Below are positions 19,169-30,750 of a DNA stretch of 64,000 bases, piece after piece. The notes beneath the pieces were generated by a model that was given only the letters and a program-made list of their open reading frames with translations, was not told where the DNA came from and ran no database searches. Source of the DNA: Dolichospermum compactum NIES-806. GTDB lineage: Bacteria; Cyanobacteriota; Cyanobacteriia; Cyanobacteriales; Nostocaceae. The stretch covers positions 305,344 to 369,343 of the forward strand of contig NZ_AP018316.1 of assembly GCF_002368115.1 (NCBI RefSeq). The letters run 5' to 3'. A program made the position numbers and the translations under genes. Each line of letters begins with the position of its first letter. Position 1 is the stretch's first letter.

Positions 19169-20602
19169 ATGAACACTATACCCGAATCCATCCCCAATTG
19201 GGAAGAAGAATTGGATAATGCCATTTTTACCTTTGACGATATCCAAGCCGAACTTAACTACAAACAAGCCAAAAACGCACTCCGAAACTTAGTTAAAAAT
19301 CTTGATCTTTCCCCTGTGGAAAAATCAGGGTTAGAAGCAGAAATTCATGATTTAGAAACCATGCTAGATAAACTAGAAAGCATGGTAGTCCAAATTGCTG
19401 CTTTTGGGATGGTAGGACGGGGTAAATCTTCCCTTCTCAATGCTTTAGTCGGTCAAGAAGTCTTTGTTACAGGTCCCCTACATGGTGTTACTCGTGATGC
19501 ACAAACAGTAAATTGGAGTATTACTGAAGCAGCTTTAGGGACTTTAAAAGCCACATTACCCAGCAATGGTCAATCCCAAGTTGAATTAATTGATACTCCT
19601 GGATTAGATGAAGTAGACGGTGAAACTCGCGCAGCTTTAGCTGAACAAATTGCCAGGCAAGTAGATTTAATTTTATTTGTAATTTCGGGAGATATGACGA
19701 AGATTGAACAAATAGCATTATCGCAATTACGAGAAGTAGGTAAACCGATTATTTTAGTCTTTAATAAAGTTGATCAATATCCCGAAACTGACAGAATTAC
19801 AATTTATGAAAAAATTCGAGATGATAGAGTGCGGGAATTACTTTCACCAGCAGAAATCGTTATGTCCGCAGCTTCACCATTAGTCAGAATTGCGGTACAA
19901 AATCCTGATGGGACTAGAGGTATAAAACTCCAAAAAGGACAATCACAAGTTGACGAATTAAAATTGAAAATATTGGAAATTCTGCACCATGAAGGTAAGG
20001 CATTAGTAGCTTTAAATACTATGCTTTATGCTGATGATGTTAATCAGCAATTGGTACAACGTAAACTAATAATTAGAGAAGAAAATGCTAATCAGTTAAT
20101 TTGGAAAGCAGTCATTACTAAAGCATTAGCGATCGCACTCAATCCTGTTACAGTAGTGGATATACTCAGCGCCGTAATTATAGATATCTCCTTAATTTTA
20201 GGCTTATCCAAGCTTTACGGTATCCCCATGACCGAAACCGGTGCAGTCAAATTACTCCAAAAAATCGCCCTGAGTATGGGTGGTATCGGTGCTAGTGAAC
20301 TATTAGCAAATTTGGGTTTAAGTAGTTTAAAAACCCTACTGGGTATCTCTGCAACAGCAACCGCCGGCATGACAATTGGACCCTATTTATCCATAGCTAT
20401 AACCCAAGCAGGTGTAGCTGGAGTATCTTCATACAGTATCGGTCAAGTTACCAAAGCCTATTTAGCCAATGGTGCAACTTGGGGACCAGATGGACCAAAA
20501 GCAGTAGTTAGTCAAATTCTATCAACTTTAAATGAAACTTCAATTTTGAACCGAATTAAAGATGAATTGCTGATTAAAGTTAGACTCAGAAAAAAAATAT
20601 GA
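19169..20602 (+). CDS. GTP-binding protein (Era/EngA-like G domain) with a C-terminal hydrophobic DUF697-like domain
   Basis: G1 GMVGRGKSSLLNALVG, G3 LIDTPGLDE and G4 VFNKVDQ. The C-terminal ~170 aa are rich in small hydrophobic residues (ALAIALNPVTVVDILSAVIIDISLILGLSKLYGIPMT...). Confidence 0.65.
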   Translation: MNTIPESIPNWEEELDNAIFTFDDIQAELNYKQAKNALRNLVKNLDLSPVEKSGLEAEIHDLETMLDKLESMVVQIAAFGMVGRGKSSLLNALVGQEVFVTGPLHGVTRDAQTVNWSITEAALGTLKATLPSNGQSQVELIDTPGLDEVDGETRAALAEQIARQVDLILFVISGDMTKIEQIALSQLREVGKPIILVFNKVDQYPETDRITIYEKIRDDRVRELLSPAEIVMSAASPLVRIAVQNPDGTRGIKLQKGQSQVDELKLKILEILHHEGKALVALNTMLYADDVNQQLVQRKLIIREENANQLIWKAVITKALAIALNPVTVVDILSAVIIDISLILGLSKLYGIPMTETGAVKLLQKIALSMGGIGASELLANLGLSSLKTLLGISATATAGMTIGPYLSIAITQAGVAGVSSYSIGQVTKAYLANGATWGPDGPKAVVSQILSTLNETSILNRIKDELLIKVRLRKKI

Positions 20603-20678
20603 ATTCTGATCAAATTTTTAGTAGGGTGTGTTAGAGACAGCGTAAAGCACCATCTTTATTGTTTAACTATACTCAGAC

Positions 20679-21134
20679 TTAGGGCATAAAATCTGCATTG
20701 AGAACCTCAACTAAAGAAAAAGATGGCTCTTCCGGGAATAAAGTTGCGGGAAGTTGATATTTATTTATTGTATCATTTCTAGCATCTGTATAACAACCTA
20801 TAAATACATCATTTAAAATACCTTTTAAACTCGGACTATCTGCTAGAGTATAGGCTATTTGTCGTCTTTGTTCAACGACAGTATTACGCCAGCCCCTAGC
20901 ATTGTAATCTTTTTCCTCTGTCAAATATTGTAGTTTTAATAACTGTTCAATTAGGACAACTAGGCGAGTTTTTAGTTCTTTCTTTTCACTCCTTCCTATA
21001 CTATCAATTTCTTCAATCAAATTCCCAATATCTAATTGTTCTAATTTTCTTTCTCTCAAAAGTGTAAGTGTAGTTTGTATCCACAGATAAAAATCTTGCT
21101 CATATAATGTTTTATTAGTATCAATGGTCAGCAT
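20679..21134 (-). CDS. DUF29 family protein
   Basis: The N-terminus LYEQDFYLWIQTTLTLLRERKLEQLD... is a hallmark of the DUF29 family, which is abundant in cyanobacteria. A paralogue lies at 56203-56646. Confidence 0.7.
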   Translation of the reverse strand: MLTIDTNKTLYEQDFYLWIQTTLTLLRERKLEQLDIGNLIEEIDSIGRSEKKELKTRLVVLIEQLLKLQYLTEEKDYNARGWRNTVVEQRRQIAYTLADSPSLKGILNDVFIGCYTDARNDTINKYQLPATLFPEEPSFSLVEVLNADFMP

Positions 21135-21181
21135 AACAACATCTCCTGACTCGATAGACTCCTAAGAAATTATACAACTAA

Positions 21182-22003
21182 CTAATTCAACTTAGCAAGT
21201 AATTGACGAATTACATCTCCATCTCTAGCATCAGGAACTTTGATTAAATAAATCTGTAAGTCTTCCGCAGCTTGAGAAAACTGCCCCAATTGATAATACA
21301 GTAATCCCCGATCTCTTAATTCAAAACTTGCTTCTGGAAACAACAATAAAATCCGTTCTACAGTTCTTAAACTCCTTTCTAAATCCTGCTTTTGAAGATA
21401 AATATATTTTAAATTAGTCAACATTCGTGTTAAAAATTGCCGATTACTCACAACCGCTAAAAATTCAGGTTTGAGTGTCACTTCTTGCTGATAAATTTGT
21501 GAAAGTCTTTCTTGACAGTCTTGGGCAAACATCACCTCACCACCATTAAAAGCATCCACAAAAATCCCTATATCTTCCACGTCTGGACGAATCAAAAAAT
21601 GTCCCGGCATTCCTACCCCAACCATCGGAAAATCAATCCGTTTGGCTACCTCCATATAAACCAGTGCCAAAGTAATCGGAATACCCGTTTTCCGTTCAAT
21701 GACATCATTTAAAAAACTATTGCGGGGGTCATAATAATCAAGCTTATTACCATCAAAGCCCAATTCTTCGTATAAATATTGATTAATACTTTGAATAACC
21801 CGTAGAGGATAGCGAAAAGAAGGCAAACGTTCCTCTAACTCCATTGACATTGTATCAATAGCATTTAAATATTCTTCAGTATCAATCTCTGGATATTCTT
21901 CCTGGGCGATATATAAAGCTGCCCTTGCGAGATTGATATCCTCGTCAGGTTGTTGAATCTCTTGGTAAAAATACTGTCGTGCTGACGAGAAGTTCATAAG
22001 CAA
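21182..22003 (-). CDS. SirB1-like protein (transglutaminase-like N-domain plus TPR-like C-domain)
   Basis: 273 aa. The central ...GIPITLALVYMEVAKRIDFPMVGVGMPGHFLIRP... matches the SirB1/YchA transglutaminase-like core, followed by a helical repeat region. Confidence 0.6.
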   Translation of the reverse strand: MLMNFSSARQYFYQEIQQPDEDINLARAALYIAQEEYPEIDTEEYLNAIDTMSMELEERLPSFRYPLRVIQSINQYLYEELGFDGNKLDYYDPRNSFLNDVIERKTGIPITLALVYMEVAKRIDFPMVGVGMPGHFLIRPDVEDIGIFVDAFNGGEVMFAQDCQERLSQIYQQEVTLKPEFLAVVSNRQFLTRMLTNLKYIYLQKQDLERSLRTVERILLLFPEASFELRDRGLLYYQLGQFSQAAEDLQIYLIKVPDARDGDVIRQLLAKLN

Positions 22004-22202
22004 TCAGGATGAAGCGATTAGAGGAAAGTACAGAGTTTTTTGTGTCTCCTCCCATTTTAGATTATTCAAGAGATTTATGGAACATGGACTGGATATATCC
22101 GTTCTAGAACCTGAAAACAAGAAAAAAGAGCATCATTGTAGTATAATCAATATAGATTTATAATTGTTACCGCCTTATTAAACTTTTCAAACCAGTTCCA
22201 AC

Positions 22203-22457
22203 ATGAAACTACCTGACTTAGATCCTGAAAGTATAGATCGGATTATCGAAATGGCTTGGGAAGATCGGACACCATTTGATGTTATAGAAAAACAATTTGG
22301 ACTTTTGGAAAAACAGGTAATTGCTCTGATGAGAAGGGAAATGAAATTATCTAGTTTTCAAATGTGGAGAGAAAGAGTTACCAAACGTAAAACCAAACAT
22401 TTAGAAAAGAGAGAATTTATTGCCGGTAGATTTAAATCCCAAAATCAAAAAACTTAA
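22203..22457 (+). CDS. DUF2805/TIGR03643-family small protein (photolyase-associated)
   Basis: 84 aa reading MKLPDLDPESIDRIIEMAWEDRTPFDVIEKQFGL.... It sits 25 bp upstream of a photolyase-family gene, the usual context for this family. Confidence 0.6.
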   Translation: MKLPDLDPESIDRIIEMAWEDRTPFDVIEKQFGLLEKQVIALMRREMKLSSFQMWRERVTKRKTKHLEKREFIAGRFKSQNQKT

Positions 22458-22482
22458 ATTGACATAAAATCTAAAATTATCT

Positions 22483-23985
22483 ATGATTGGAATTTGGATA
22501 TTAGGCGATCAACTTTCCCTACAACAATCAGCCTTAAAAAGCTGTAATCATCAAATAAATACACCTGTAATTTTCATCGAATCATTACAGCATATCCAAA
22601 TCAGACCATATCATCGCCAAAAATTAGTGTTAATTTGGTCAGCAATGCGCCATTTTGCAGCAGAATTAGCACAACTGAAATATGCAGTCACATACAAAAT
22701 AGCCACAGATTTTCAAACATCACTCCAAGCATGGATTCAAGTTAATCAAATTACCGAATTGCGGGTAATGACACCCAATGATAAACCATTCATCCAAATA
22801 ATTCAAAATTTACAATTACCTTGTCTAATCACCTTAATTCCTAATAATCAATTTTTATGGAGTACAGAAAAATTTACTGCTTGGGCGAAAAGTCGCAAAC
22901 GCCTATTAATGGAAGATTTTTATCGAGAAGGAAGACGAAGTTTTCAAATTTTAATGGAGGACAAACAACCAATTGGAGGACAGTGGAATTTAGATAAAGA
23001 AAATCGTCAACCACCTAAAGGTAAATTACATCCACCCCCAGCCCAATGGTTTACACCAGACGCAATTACTCTCGATGTTATAGACAAAGTTAACTCTCTT
23101 TCTCATTTAACTTATGGAGAAATAGAACCCTTTGATTGGGGAGTAAATCGTCAACAAGCACTTCAAGTATTAGACTGGTTTATTCAACATCGTTTATCAG
23201 ATTTCGGTACTTACCAAGATGTGATGATTACCGGAGAACAGACAATGTGGCACGCATTAATTTCTCCTTATTTGAATATTGGCTTACTCCAACCATTGGA
23301 AGTAATTCAAGCCGCTGAAGCAGCATATAAACAACACCAACTACGTTTAAATAGTGTGGAAGGTTTTATTCGTCAAGTATTGGGTTGGCGAGAATATATG
23401 TATGGCATCTATCATTTTGTAGATACAGAATATGCCGAAAAGAATTGGTTTGGTCACACCCAATCATTACCCGAATTTTTCTGGACAGGTGAAACAAACA
23501 TGAATTGTTTACACCAAACTATCACCCAGATCAAAAGTACAGGTTACGCTCATCATATCCAGCGGTTAATGGTATTGAGTAACTTTGCTTTAATTGCAGG
23601 AATTTCACCCCAAGCTGTAGAAAATTGGTTTCATGCAGTATTTATTGATGCTTATGATTGGGTGATGCAAACTAATGTTATTGGTATGGGTTTATTCGCA
23701 GACGGAGGAGTATTAGCATCTAAACCCTATGCTGCTTCTGCTAACTATATAAATAAGATGAGTGACTATTGTAAAAGCTGTGTTTATAATCACAAAGAAC
23801 GGATAGGTGAAAATGGCTGTCCATTCAATTTTTTCTATTGGGATTTTCTGAATAGACACAGAGAAAAACTGCAAACTCAAGGACGAATGAGCTTAATTTT
23901 AAAACATCTAGATAAAATGTCTTCAGAAGAATTGCACTCTATCCATCAACAAGCTGAAAACTGGTGGAGTCTTCGTCAGAATTAA
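22483..23985 (+). CDS. cryptochrome/photolyase-family protein of the FeS-BCP type (PhrB-like bacterial (6-4) photolyase)
   Basis: 500 aa. The DNA-photolyase N-domain and FAD-binding region are recognisable. A C-terminal Cys cluster (CKSCVYNHKERIGENGCPFNFFYWDF) is typical of the iron-sulfur bacterial cryptochrome/photolyase clade. Confidence 0.75.
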   Translation: MIGIWILGDQLSLQQSALKSCNHQINTPVIFIESLQHIQIRPYHRQKLVLIWSAMRHFAAELAQLKYAVTYKIATDFQTSLQAWIQVNQITELRVMTPNDKPFIQIIQNLQLPCLITLIPNNQFLWSTEKFTAWAKSRKRLLMEDFYREGRRSFQILMEDKQPIGGQWNLDKENRQPPKGKLHPPPAQWFTPDAITLDVIDKVNSLSHLTYGEIEPFDWGVNRQQALQVLDWFIQHRLSDFGTYQDVMITGEQTMWHALISPYLNIGLLQPLEVIQAAEAAYKQHQLRLNSVEGFIRQVLGWREYMYGIYHFVDTEYAEKNWFGHTQSLPEFFWTGETNMNCLHQTITQIKSTGYAHHIQRLMVLSNFALIAGISPQAVENWFHAVFIDAYDWVMQTNVIGMGLFADGGVLASKPYAASANYINKMSDYCKSCVYNHKERIGENGCPFNFFYWDFLNRHREKLQTQGRMSLILKHLDKMSSEELHSIHQQAENWWSLRQN

Positions 23986-24436
23986 TTATTTTTGTGCATA
24001 CAGAGTCAGTTTCTAAGCTGGGGAACTAAAACCGGATTTTAGGGGTTTTGAAGTGGGGAGACTGACGAAAAGAATTTGACCCCTCTCCAAACCTCTCCCG
24101 GCACTATGCGTTAGCCATATCTTTCTTGACACTCTTGAAACCCTTATAATATGAGGGTTTAGCAATCCTAAACCCCTACCGGGTTATTTATATTTGTTTG
24201 ATATATCTTCCTTATCAAGCCCATTGTAACAAATATAAAATCCGTTGTCAATCCCCAATACTCTCTTTTTGCGCTTTTTTGTGGAAGTAATTTATTTTGC
24301 AGTTCCAGGATTTTCACAAAATCGGGGATCTCTTCTTAATAATGAATTTAAGGCAAAGGTGGAGTCGTTAAGTGCTAACCTAAAAGATGATATCGCTTGA
24401 TCTAGGGTTTTAAACGAACCCACTTGTGAAAAATAG

Positions 24437-25905
<1,469 letters not shown>

Positions 25906-25906
<1 letters not shown>

Positions 25907-26004
25907 TCATTAGTCATTAGTCAGTGGTCAGTGGTTTTTTATGCAACTGACAACTGACAACTGACAATTGACAAAAGGCAAATGACAAAGGACAACTGAC
26001 AAAT
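25906..26004. repeat. STRR heptamer tracts (TCATTAG, CAGTGGT, CAACTGA, AATGACA units) filling the atpB-atpE spacer
   Basis: Visible tandem 7-mers run from the atpB stop to the atpE ATG. The atpE start codon lies inside the last GACAAATGACA unit. Confidence 0.7.
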
Positions 26005-26416
26005 GACATTAACTGTTCGTGTAATTTCCCCAGACAAAACTGTTTGGGATTCTGAAGCTGATGAAGTAATTTTACCTAGCACTACTGGTCAGTTAGGTGT
26101 TCTCAGTGGACACGCTCCCATGCTGACAGCCTTGGACATAGGTGTAATGCGTGTTCGGGCTAATAAAAGTGCTGGTTGGCAAGCGATCGCTCTTTTAGGT
26201 GGTTTTGCTGAAGTTGATCAAGATGAAGTCACAATTCTAGTCAATAGTGCTGAACGTGGCGACAAAATAAACCTTGAAGAAGCCCGCACTGCTTTTAATA
26301 CAGCACAATCTGGCTTAAATCAAGTTAGCGCAGATGACCGGAAAGCACAATTCCAGGCAAATCAAGCCTTTAAACGCGCTCGCGCTCGTTTTCAAGCTGC
26401 TGGTGGTTCGGTTTAA
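26003..26416 (+). CDS. atpE: ATP synthase F1 epsilon subunit
   Basis: [51 protein letters not shown]... Uses the cyanobacterial name atpE, equivalent to bacterial atpC. Confidence 0.9.
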   Translation: MTLTVRVISPDKTVWDSEADEVILPSTTGQLGVLSGHAPMLTALDIGVMRVRANKSAGWQAIALLGGFAEVDQDEVTILVNSAERGDKINLEEARTAFNTAQSGLNQVSADDRKAQFQANQAFKRARARFQAAGGSV

Positions 26417-26443
26417 ATTGTGTAGAGTATCAAAGACTAATGA

Positions 26444-26472
26444 GGGTGGGCTATTTTGTCCACCCTTATTTT
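26444..26472. terminator. intrinsic terminator hairpin shared by the convergent atpE and Type IIG gene
   Basis: GGGTGGG-ctattttgt-CCACCC followed by TTATTTTAT. The hairpin is symmetric, so it could act on both strands. Confidence 0.5.
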
Positions 26473-29400
26473 ATCCTTCTATAATTTTTATCTCTTCTGT
26501 TGTTAGTTCGTAAAGTTGATAAACTAACTGATCTATTTCTGTTTCTAATGTGGTTGTATCTGCTTTTGGATCTAATTTTTTAGCGGTGAGAATCTGATTA
26601 ACCATTTTTTCTAATAACAATTCTTCAGTTTCCGTAGTTTCTTTAATGGGTAACATTTCAATTTTATACTTTTTCCATCTATTTGTACCCATTCCTGTGG
26701 TAGTTGAAATCTGGTTAAAATACCATTCTGATAGTTTTGAATTTAAAATTGCTAACAAATATTTAAGTTTTTCACCAGTCATTAAAAATGTAGTAGCTTC
26801 AGCATAATAGCTAGAGTCATCAAAAGCAAATTTAGGTTTATCAGAAATTTCACCCCAAACAATTTTAGGTTTATTAAAATCATCTAAATAAGCACAGTTT
26901 CTTAAATTTGTCCAATCTTTACCCTGATCTTGTCTTTGTTCAATTTGAGGAAGAAAAGAAATTAAATAATTATAAATAGATGGGTAATTTTCTTTAACTT
27001 TTATTCTCTCGATGTTATTTTTTGCCACTCCATTATGTGTATTAATTAGATAAAATCCAGAAAATTCATAACTATATTTTTTTAAGTCTCTACCTCTTAA
27101 AATTGGCTGAATTATTTCAGCAGAATTAGAACTTTCAGCAATTAATTGATGTTTAGTTTCCTCATTGATAATAAAAGCTGCATTTAGTCCAGTAAGCAAA
27201 CCTCTATTAATATTAATATCAAATTCTTTTAAAAGTTTAGAGGATTGCTCTATTTTTTGTTTCAAACTTACGGTTTCTTCATTACCTATAATCCATTCTG
27301 ATGTATTAGGTATTGTAAATTGAAAATAGTTTTTATCAAAATACTCTTCTAATGAAGAACCAATCAGATAATTATTCGTTAAACTAGCAACATCAAAAAA
27401 TTCATTAACTTTATCTTTTTTCAAGATGAAAATATTTGATTCTACAGTTGCTTCCTCAAAAATTTGCATATCTTCAATATTTAATAAAGTTTGAGGTTGG
27501 AGATTTTCAATTAAATATTTTTTCAGTAAATCACCATAAATAGTTTTTAACCAAGAATTAGAAGTAATGTAAGTTAAAAATCCTGCTTTTCTTAACAAAC
27601 AACTTCCTTTTTCGTAAAACAAGCAATAAATATCTGAACCCCTTGTATAAGTTTGATAATTATTTTCAAAATAAGCAGTTTGATTTTTTTCTTTAATTTT
27701 AGATAGTGAAAAATAAGGAGGATTGCCAATTACGACATCAAAACCGATAAAATCACCTTCATCATTCAAAACTTCAGGAAATTCAAACCGCCATTCAAAA
27801 GCATTTTGATACAATTTACCACTTTTTTTATCCTCAATTTCACTATTAAGTTGATTAATTTGCTGTTCTAACTCTTCTTGCTTTTTTTGACGACTTTTTG
27901 CTTCTGCTTTACTTTCTGCAAATAATGACTTCTGATCTCGTAAATGACGAAGTTCTGCAACTTTTTGATTTCGCTTTTCTATATTCGGATCATTGCTACT
28001 AATTTCTGTACGTATTTTACTTTTAATATCATTAATTAACCTCTCTATTTCCTGTTTTTTATCCTTGTTATCAGTATTATGATAGGTTGTTATAGCATTT
28101 CTATAACTTTCAATATTCCAATTGCTTTTTTTCAAAATTGTCCGTAAATCCCAATTTAAAGGAAAACGACTGATTAAAGAATTACCAGTTTTAATATTAA
28201 TATCAATATTTGGTAAAGTTTCCAATTCTCCTATATTCCCCTCTCCTGGTAGGAGAGGAGTTAGGGATGATGTCTTATAATAAGCATTCTTTAAAAGCTC
28301 AATCCATAAACGTAACCGACAAATATTAACTGAATTAGGATTTATATCTACACCAAATAAACAGTTTTCAATAATTGTCTGTTTTTCATGAAAAAGTGTT
28401 TCTTGTATGCGTCTACTTTCTGAATTTTTAGGATTATATTTGAAAAAATTACCATCGTCATCTGTAATATTTAACTCATCATTTTCAATTTTTACATCAT
28501 AATCTCTTAAAGTTTTTCCTTGTCTATCAAGTAAAACCTTCAAGTCACTTTTAATAGTAATAATTTCATTTAAAGCTGAAACCAAAAAATGTCCAGAACC
28601 TACTGCTGGATCACAAATTTTTAAACTATTGATAATCTGATTAGCTTCTTTTTTATCTGTTATTTTATCATACAATTCGTCAATATTTGCACAGTTCCAA
28701 CCTTTAATTTCCCTGAATTTTTGTAAAACTGCTCTGCGAATAGTTTCCCGACACATATACATAGTAATAAAGCCAGGAGTGAAGAAAGAACCATCTTGAT
28801 AACCGTTAATTTTCTCAAAAATTAAACCTAAAACAGAAGCATTAATTAAAGTTTTATTTTCTTCTTGAATTTCCTCTGCACCTTCACTGCTAAAGTCGTA
28901 AGCATCAAGAAATGCAAAAATATATTCTAGTGCTTTTAATTTCCCTGTCCGTGTATTACCATTATCTTTAAGAACTGTTTTGTTAAAAATAGAAAGTTTT
29001 TCATCATTGATTAAATTACTAATAACTATGGTTTTATGTTCGATTTCTGATACTTCAAATAAAGAACTATTCAAATAAGGAATATTAGCAACAATATTTT
29101 TTATATGTTCGTCTCTTTCATCTGGTTTACGAGATAAAACACCAAAAAATAAACGGTTGAGATTACCAAAATCTTGAATCTTTGCTATATTGAGAAATCC
29201 AAGAGATTTATCACCTTGATGATAGTTAATTAATTGGGATTCTAAAAGTTTCAAAAAGAGAATGCGATTAATCCAAGTAATAGCTAATTCTAAACTAACA
29301 TTAAAAAGTCTCTCTTCGGTATTTTCTCCAAATTGTTCTAAATTTTCTAATCTGTCAATTTTGCGTAATTCTTGCAAACGAGTAATAGTATTTTCAATTA

Positions 29401-30250
29401 ATGAACCCTGTTCCCTTTCATTAATTGATTTACGCTGAATTAATTTTTTACTACCTTCTTTAATTTCCGTTAAACCAAGAATGTGTAGTAATTCACTATA
29501 AAAGTTTCTATTTAAACTATTGCTATCATTAATAGTAGGTAACTTTAATAAATGTTGTGGTGAAAACAGCTTAAATAAAGGAATCAGTTTTTGATCATTT
29601 TCAGGATTTTGATTAATTAAATACTGTTCATAATCTCTAATATCAAAATGTGTGAAAATTAGTTCATTTTGAATTTTATCTATTGCAGGTTGAGCAATTT
29701 CGTTATAAAAGAAATCCGTGCGAGAATTAGATAGACGTTTTTCTTCAAAATCAGTAAATTGCTTGACTAATTGTTTATTCTGAGCAAACAAATTGTCAAA
29801 AAGTGTTGCATCAAAAATGAACCATTCATGAATATTAGTAGCAATTAAATATTTAATTTCTGGATTTTTATTTGTAATCCGTTCTCGTAAAAAGTATAAA
29901 ACTAATTGTTGTAATGCTTTAGTATTTAAATTATTAACCTTGAGCATTTCATTGTTATTTACCTTTTTAGCCTCTAAAATCACACCAACATTGCTTTTAG
30001 TATCTTTTCCATTATAAATTACTAAGTCATTACTGGCTTTAATATTTATTAAGTAATCAGCACCATAATAGGTATTTTTCAAAAAATCAGTAAGAATATT
30101 TTTATGAAATTCCTCTCTTTCGTTTTCATCAATTTGATTAAGTAGTGTAATCAGATTCCTTTTAAATATCTCAAACTCATTTCTAATTGGTTTAATTCTC
30201 AGAAATGTTTTGCTTAATGCTTGTCTAGGTTTAATTTTATTGTCAATCAT
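26471..30250 (-). CDS. Type IIG restriction-modification enzyme: N-terminal PD-(D/E)xK-like nuclease, Eco57I/TaqII-type gamma N6-adenine methyltransferase and C-terminal target-recognition region in one 1259-aa polypeptide
   Basis: N-terminal ...NGKDTKSNVGVILEAKK (D...ExK). Methyltransferase motifs SFFTPGFITMYMCRE (motif X), ICDPAVGSGHFLVSA (motif I) and, after a coiled-coil insertion, AFEWRFEFPEV...FDVVIGNPPY (motif IV). The gene is very AT-rich relative to its neighbours. Confidence 0.8.
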   Translation of the reverse strand: MIDNKIKPRQALSKTFLRIKPIRNEFEIFKRNLITLLNQIDENEREEFHKNILTDFLKNTYYGADYLINIKASNDLVIYNGKDTKSNVGVILEAKKVNNNEMLKVNNLNTKALQQLVLYFLRERITNKNPEIKYLIATNIHEWFIFDATLFDNLFAQNKQLVKQFTDFEEKRLSNSRTDFFYNEIAQPAIDKIQNELIFTHFDIRDYEQYLINQNPENDQKLIPLFKLFSPQHLLKLPTINDSNSLNRNFYSELLHILGLTEIKEGSKKLIQRKSINEREQGSLIENTITRLQELRKIDRLENLEQFGENTEERLFNVSLELAITWINRILFLKLLESQLINYHQGDKSLGFLNIAKIQDFGNLNRLFFGVLSRKPDERDEHIKNIVANIPYLNSSLFEVSEIEHKTIVISNLINDEKLSIFNKTVLKDNGNTRTGKLKALEYIFAFLDAYDFSSEGAEEIQEENKTLINASVLGLIFEKINGYQDGSFFTPGFITMYMCRETIRRAVLQKFREIKGWNCANIDELYDKITDKKEANQIINSLKICDPAVGSGHFLVSALNEIITIKSDLKVLLDRQGKTLRDYDVKIENDELNITDDDGNFFKYNPKNSESRRIQETLFHEKQTIIENCLFGVDINPNSVNICRLRLWIELLKNAYYKTSSLTPLLPGEGNIGELETLPNIDINIKTGNSLISRFPLNWDLRTILKKSNWNIESYRNAITTYHNTDNKDKKQEIERLINDIKSKIRTEISSNDPNIEKRNQKVAELRHLRDQKSLFAESKAEAKSRQKKQEELEQQINQLNSEIEDKKSGKLYQNAFEWRFEFPEVLNDEGDFIGFDVVIGNPPYFSLSKIKEKNQTAYFENNYQTYTRGSDIYCLFYEKGSCLLRKAGFLTYITSNSWLKTIYGDLLKKYLIENLQPQTLLNIEDMQIFEEATVESNIFILKKDKVNEFFDVASLTNNYLIGSSLEEYFDKNYFQFTIPNTSEWIIGNEETVSLKQKIEQSSKLLKEFDININRGLLTGLNAAFIINEETKHQLIAESSNSAEIIQPILRGRDLKKYSYEFSGFYLINTHNGVAKNNIERIKVKENYPSIYNYLISFLPQIEQRQDQGKDWTNLRNCAYLDDFNKPKIVWGEISDKPKFAFDDSSYYAEATTFLMTGEKLKYLLAILNSKLSEWYFNQISTTTGMGTNRWKKYKIEMLPIKETTETEELLLEKMVNQILTAKKLDPKADTTTLETEIDQLVYQLYELTTEEIKIIEG

Positions 30251-30590
30251 ATTGAATTACCAAAAATTATAATTTTATTTCACGCAGAGACGCTCCAGGC
30301 GCAGAGAGTAAGAGTTTGAGAGATGGAATTTTCGACTTTCATACCCCAATTCACCAACCCCTTAATATTCAGCCTCACATTGTAGCATCAAATTAAAATC
30401 AAGAAATATATTGTAATATTTTCTAACAAAACTTAAGCCATAAAATATCTAACTTCTTAAAGAAATCGGGGATATGACTCTTACAATGTATACCTACGGC
30501 ACGCTACGCTATCACGCATCGAACAGGAAAACCAGAAAGAAGATATGCAGACAGCATACGGAGAAGCTCAGTTTAATCTTTATCAACAAT

Positions 30591-30750
30591 ACCTTGTCCA
30601 TTTTTTGTAGGTCGGGTTAAGCGACAGCGCAACCCGACGCATTTTTTGGGTTATGGCTATCGCCACACTATGGCTAACGCCACGCTCCGCGAAGGTGAAC
30701 GTGCCTCAACCCAACCTACAAATCAAGACTTTTTTCAATTTGGACAAGGT
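30591..30750. mobile_element. MITE family A, copy 1 (160 bp; terminal inverted repeats ACCTTGTCCA(T/A)TTT)
   Basis: It starts accttgtccatttttt, ends ttttttcaatttggacaaggt and has an internal hairpin gtcgggttaagcgacagcgcaacccgac. One mismatch over 160 bp relative to the copy at 33110-33269. Confidence 0.7.

Noticed and set aside
26471-30250. BREX system (PglX) interpretation of the 1259-aa methyltransferase-containing protein
   Set aside because: No brxA, brxB, brxC/pglY, pglZ or brxL homologues occur within about 20 kb on either side. The flanks are atpBE and a flotillin gene. A solitary Type IIG enzyme is more parsimonious.
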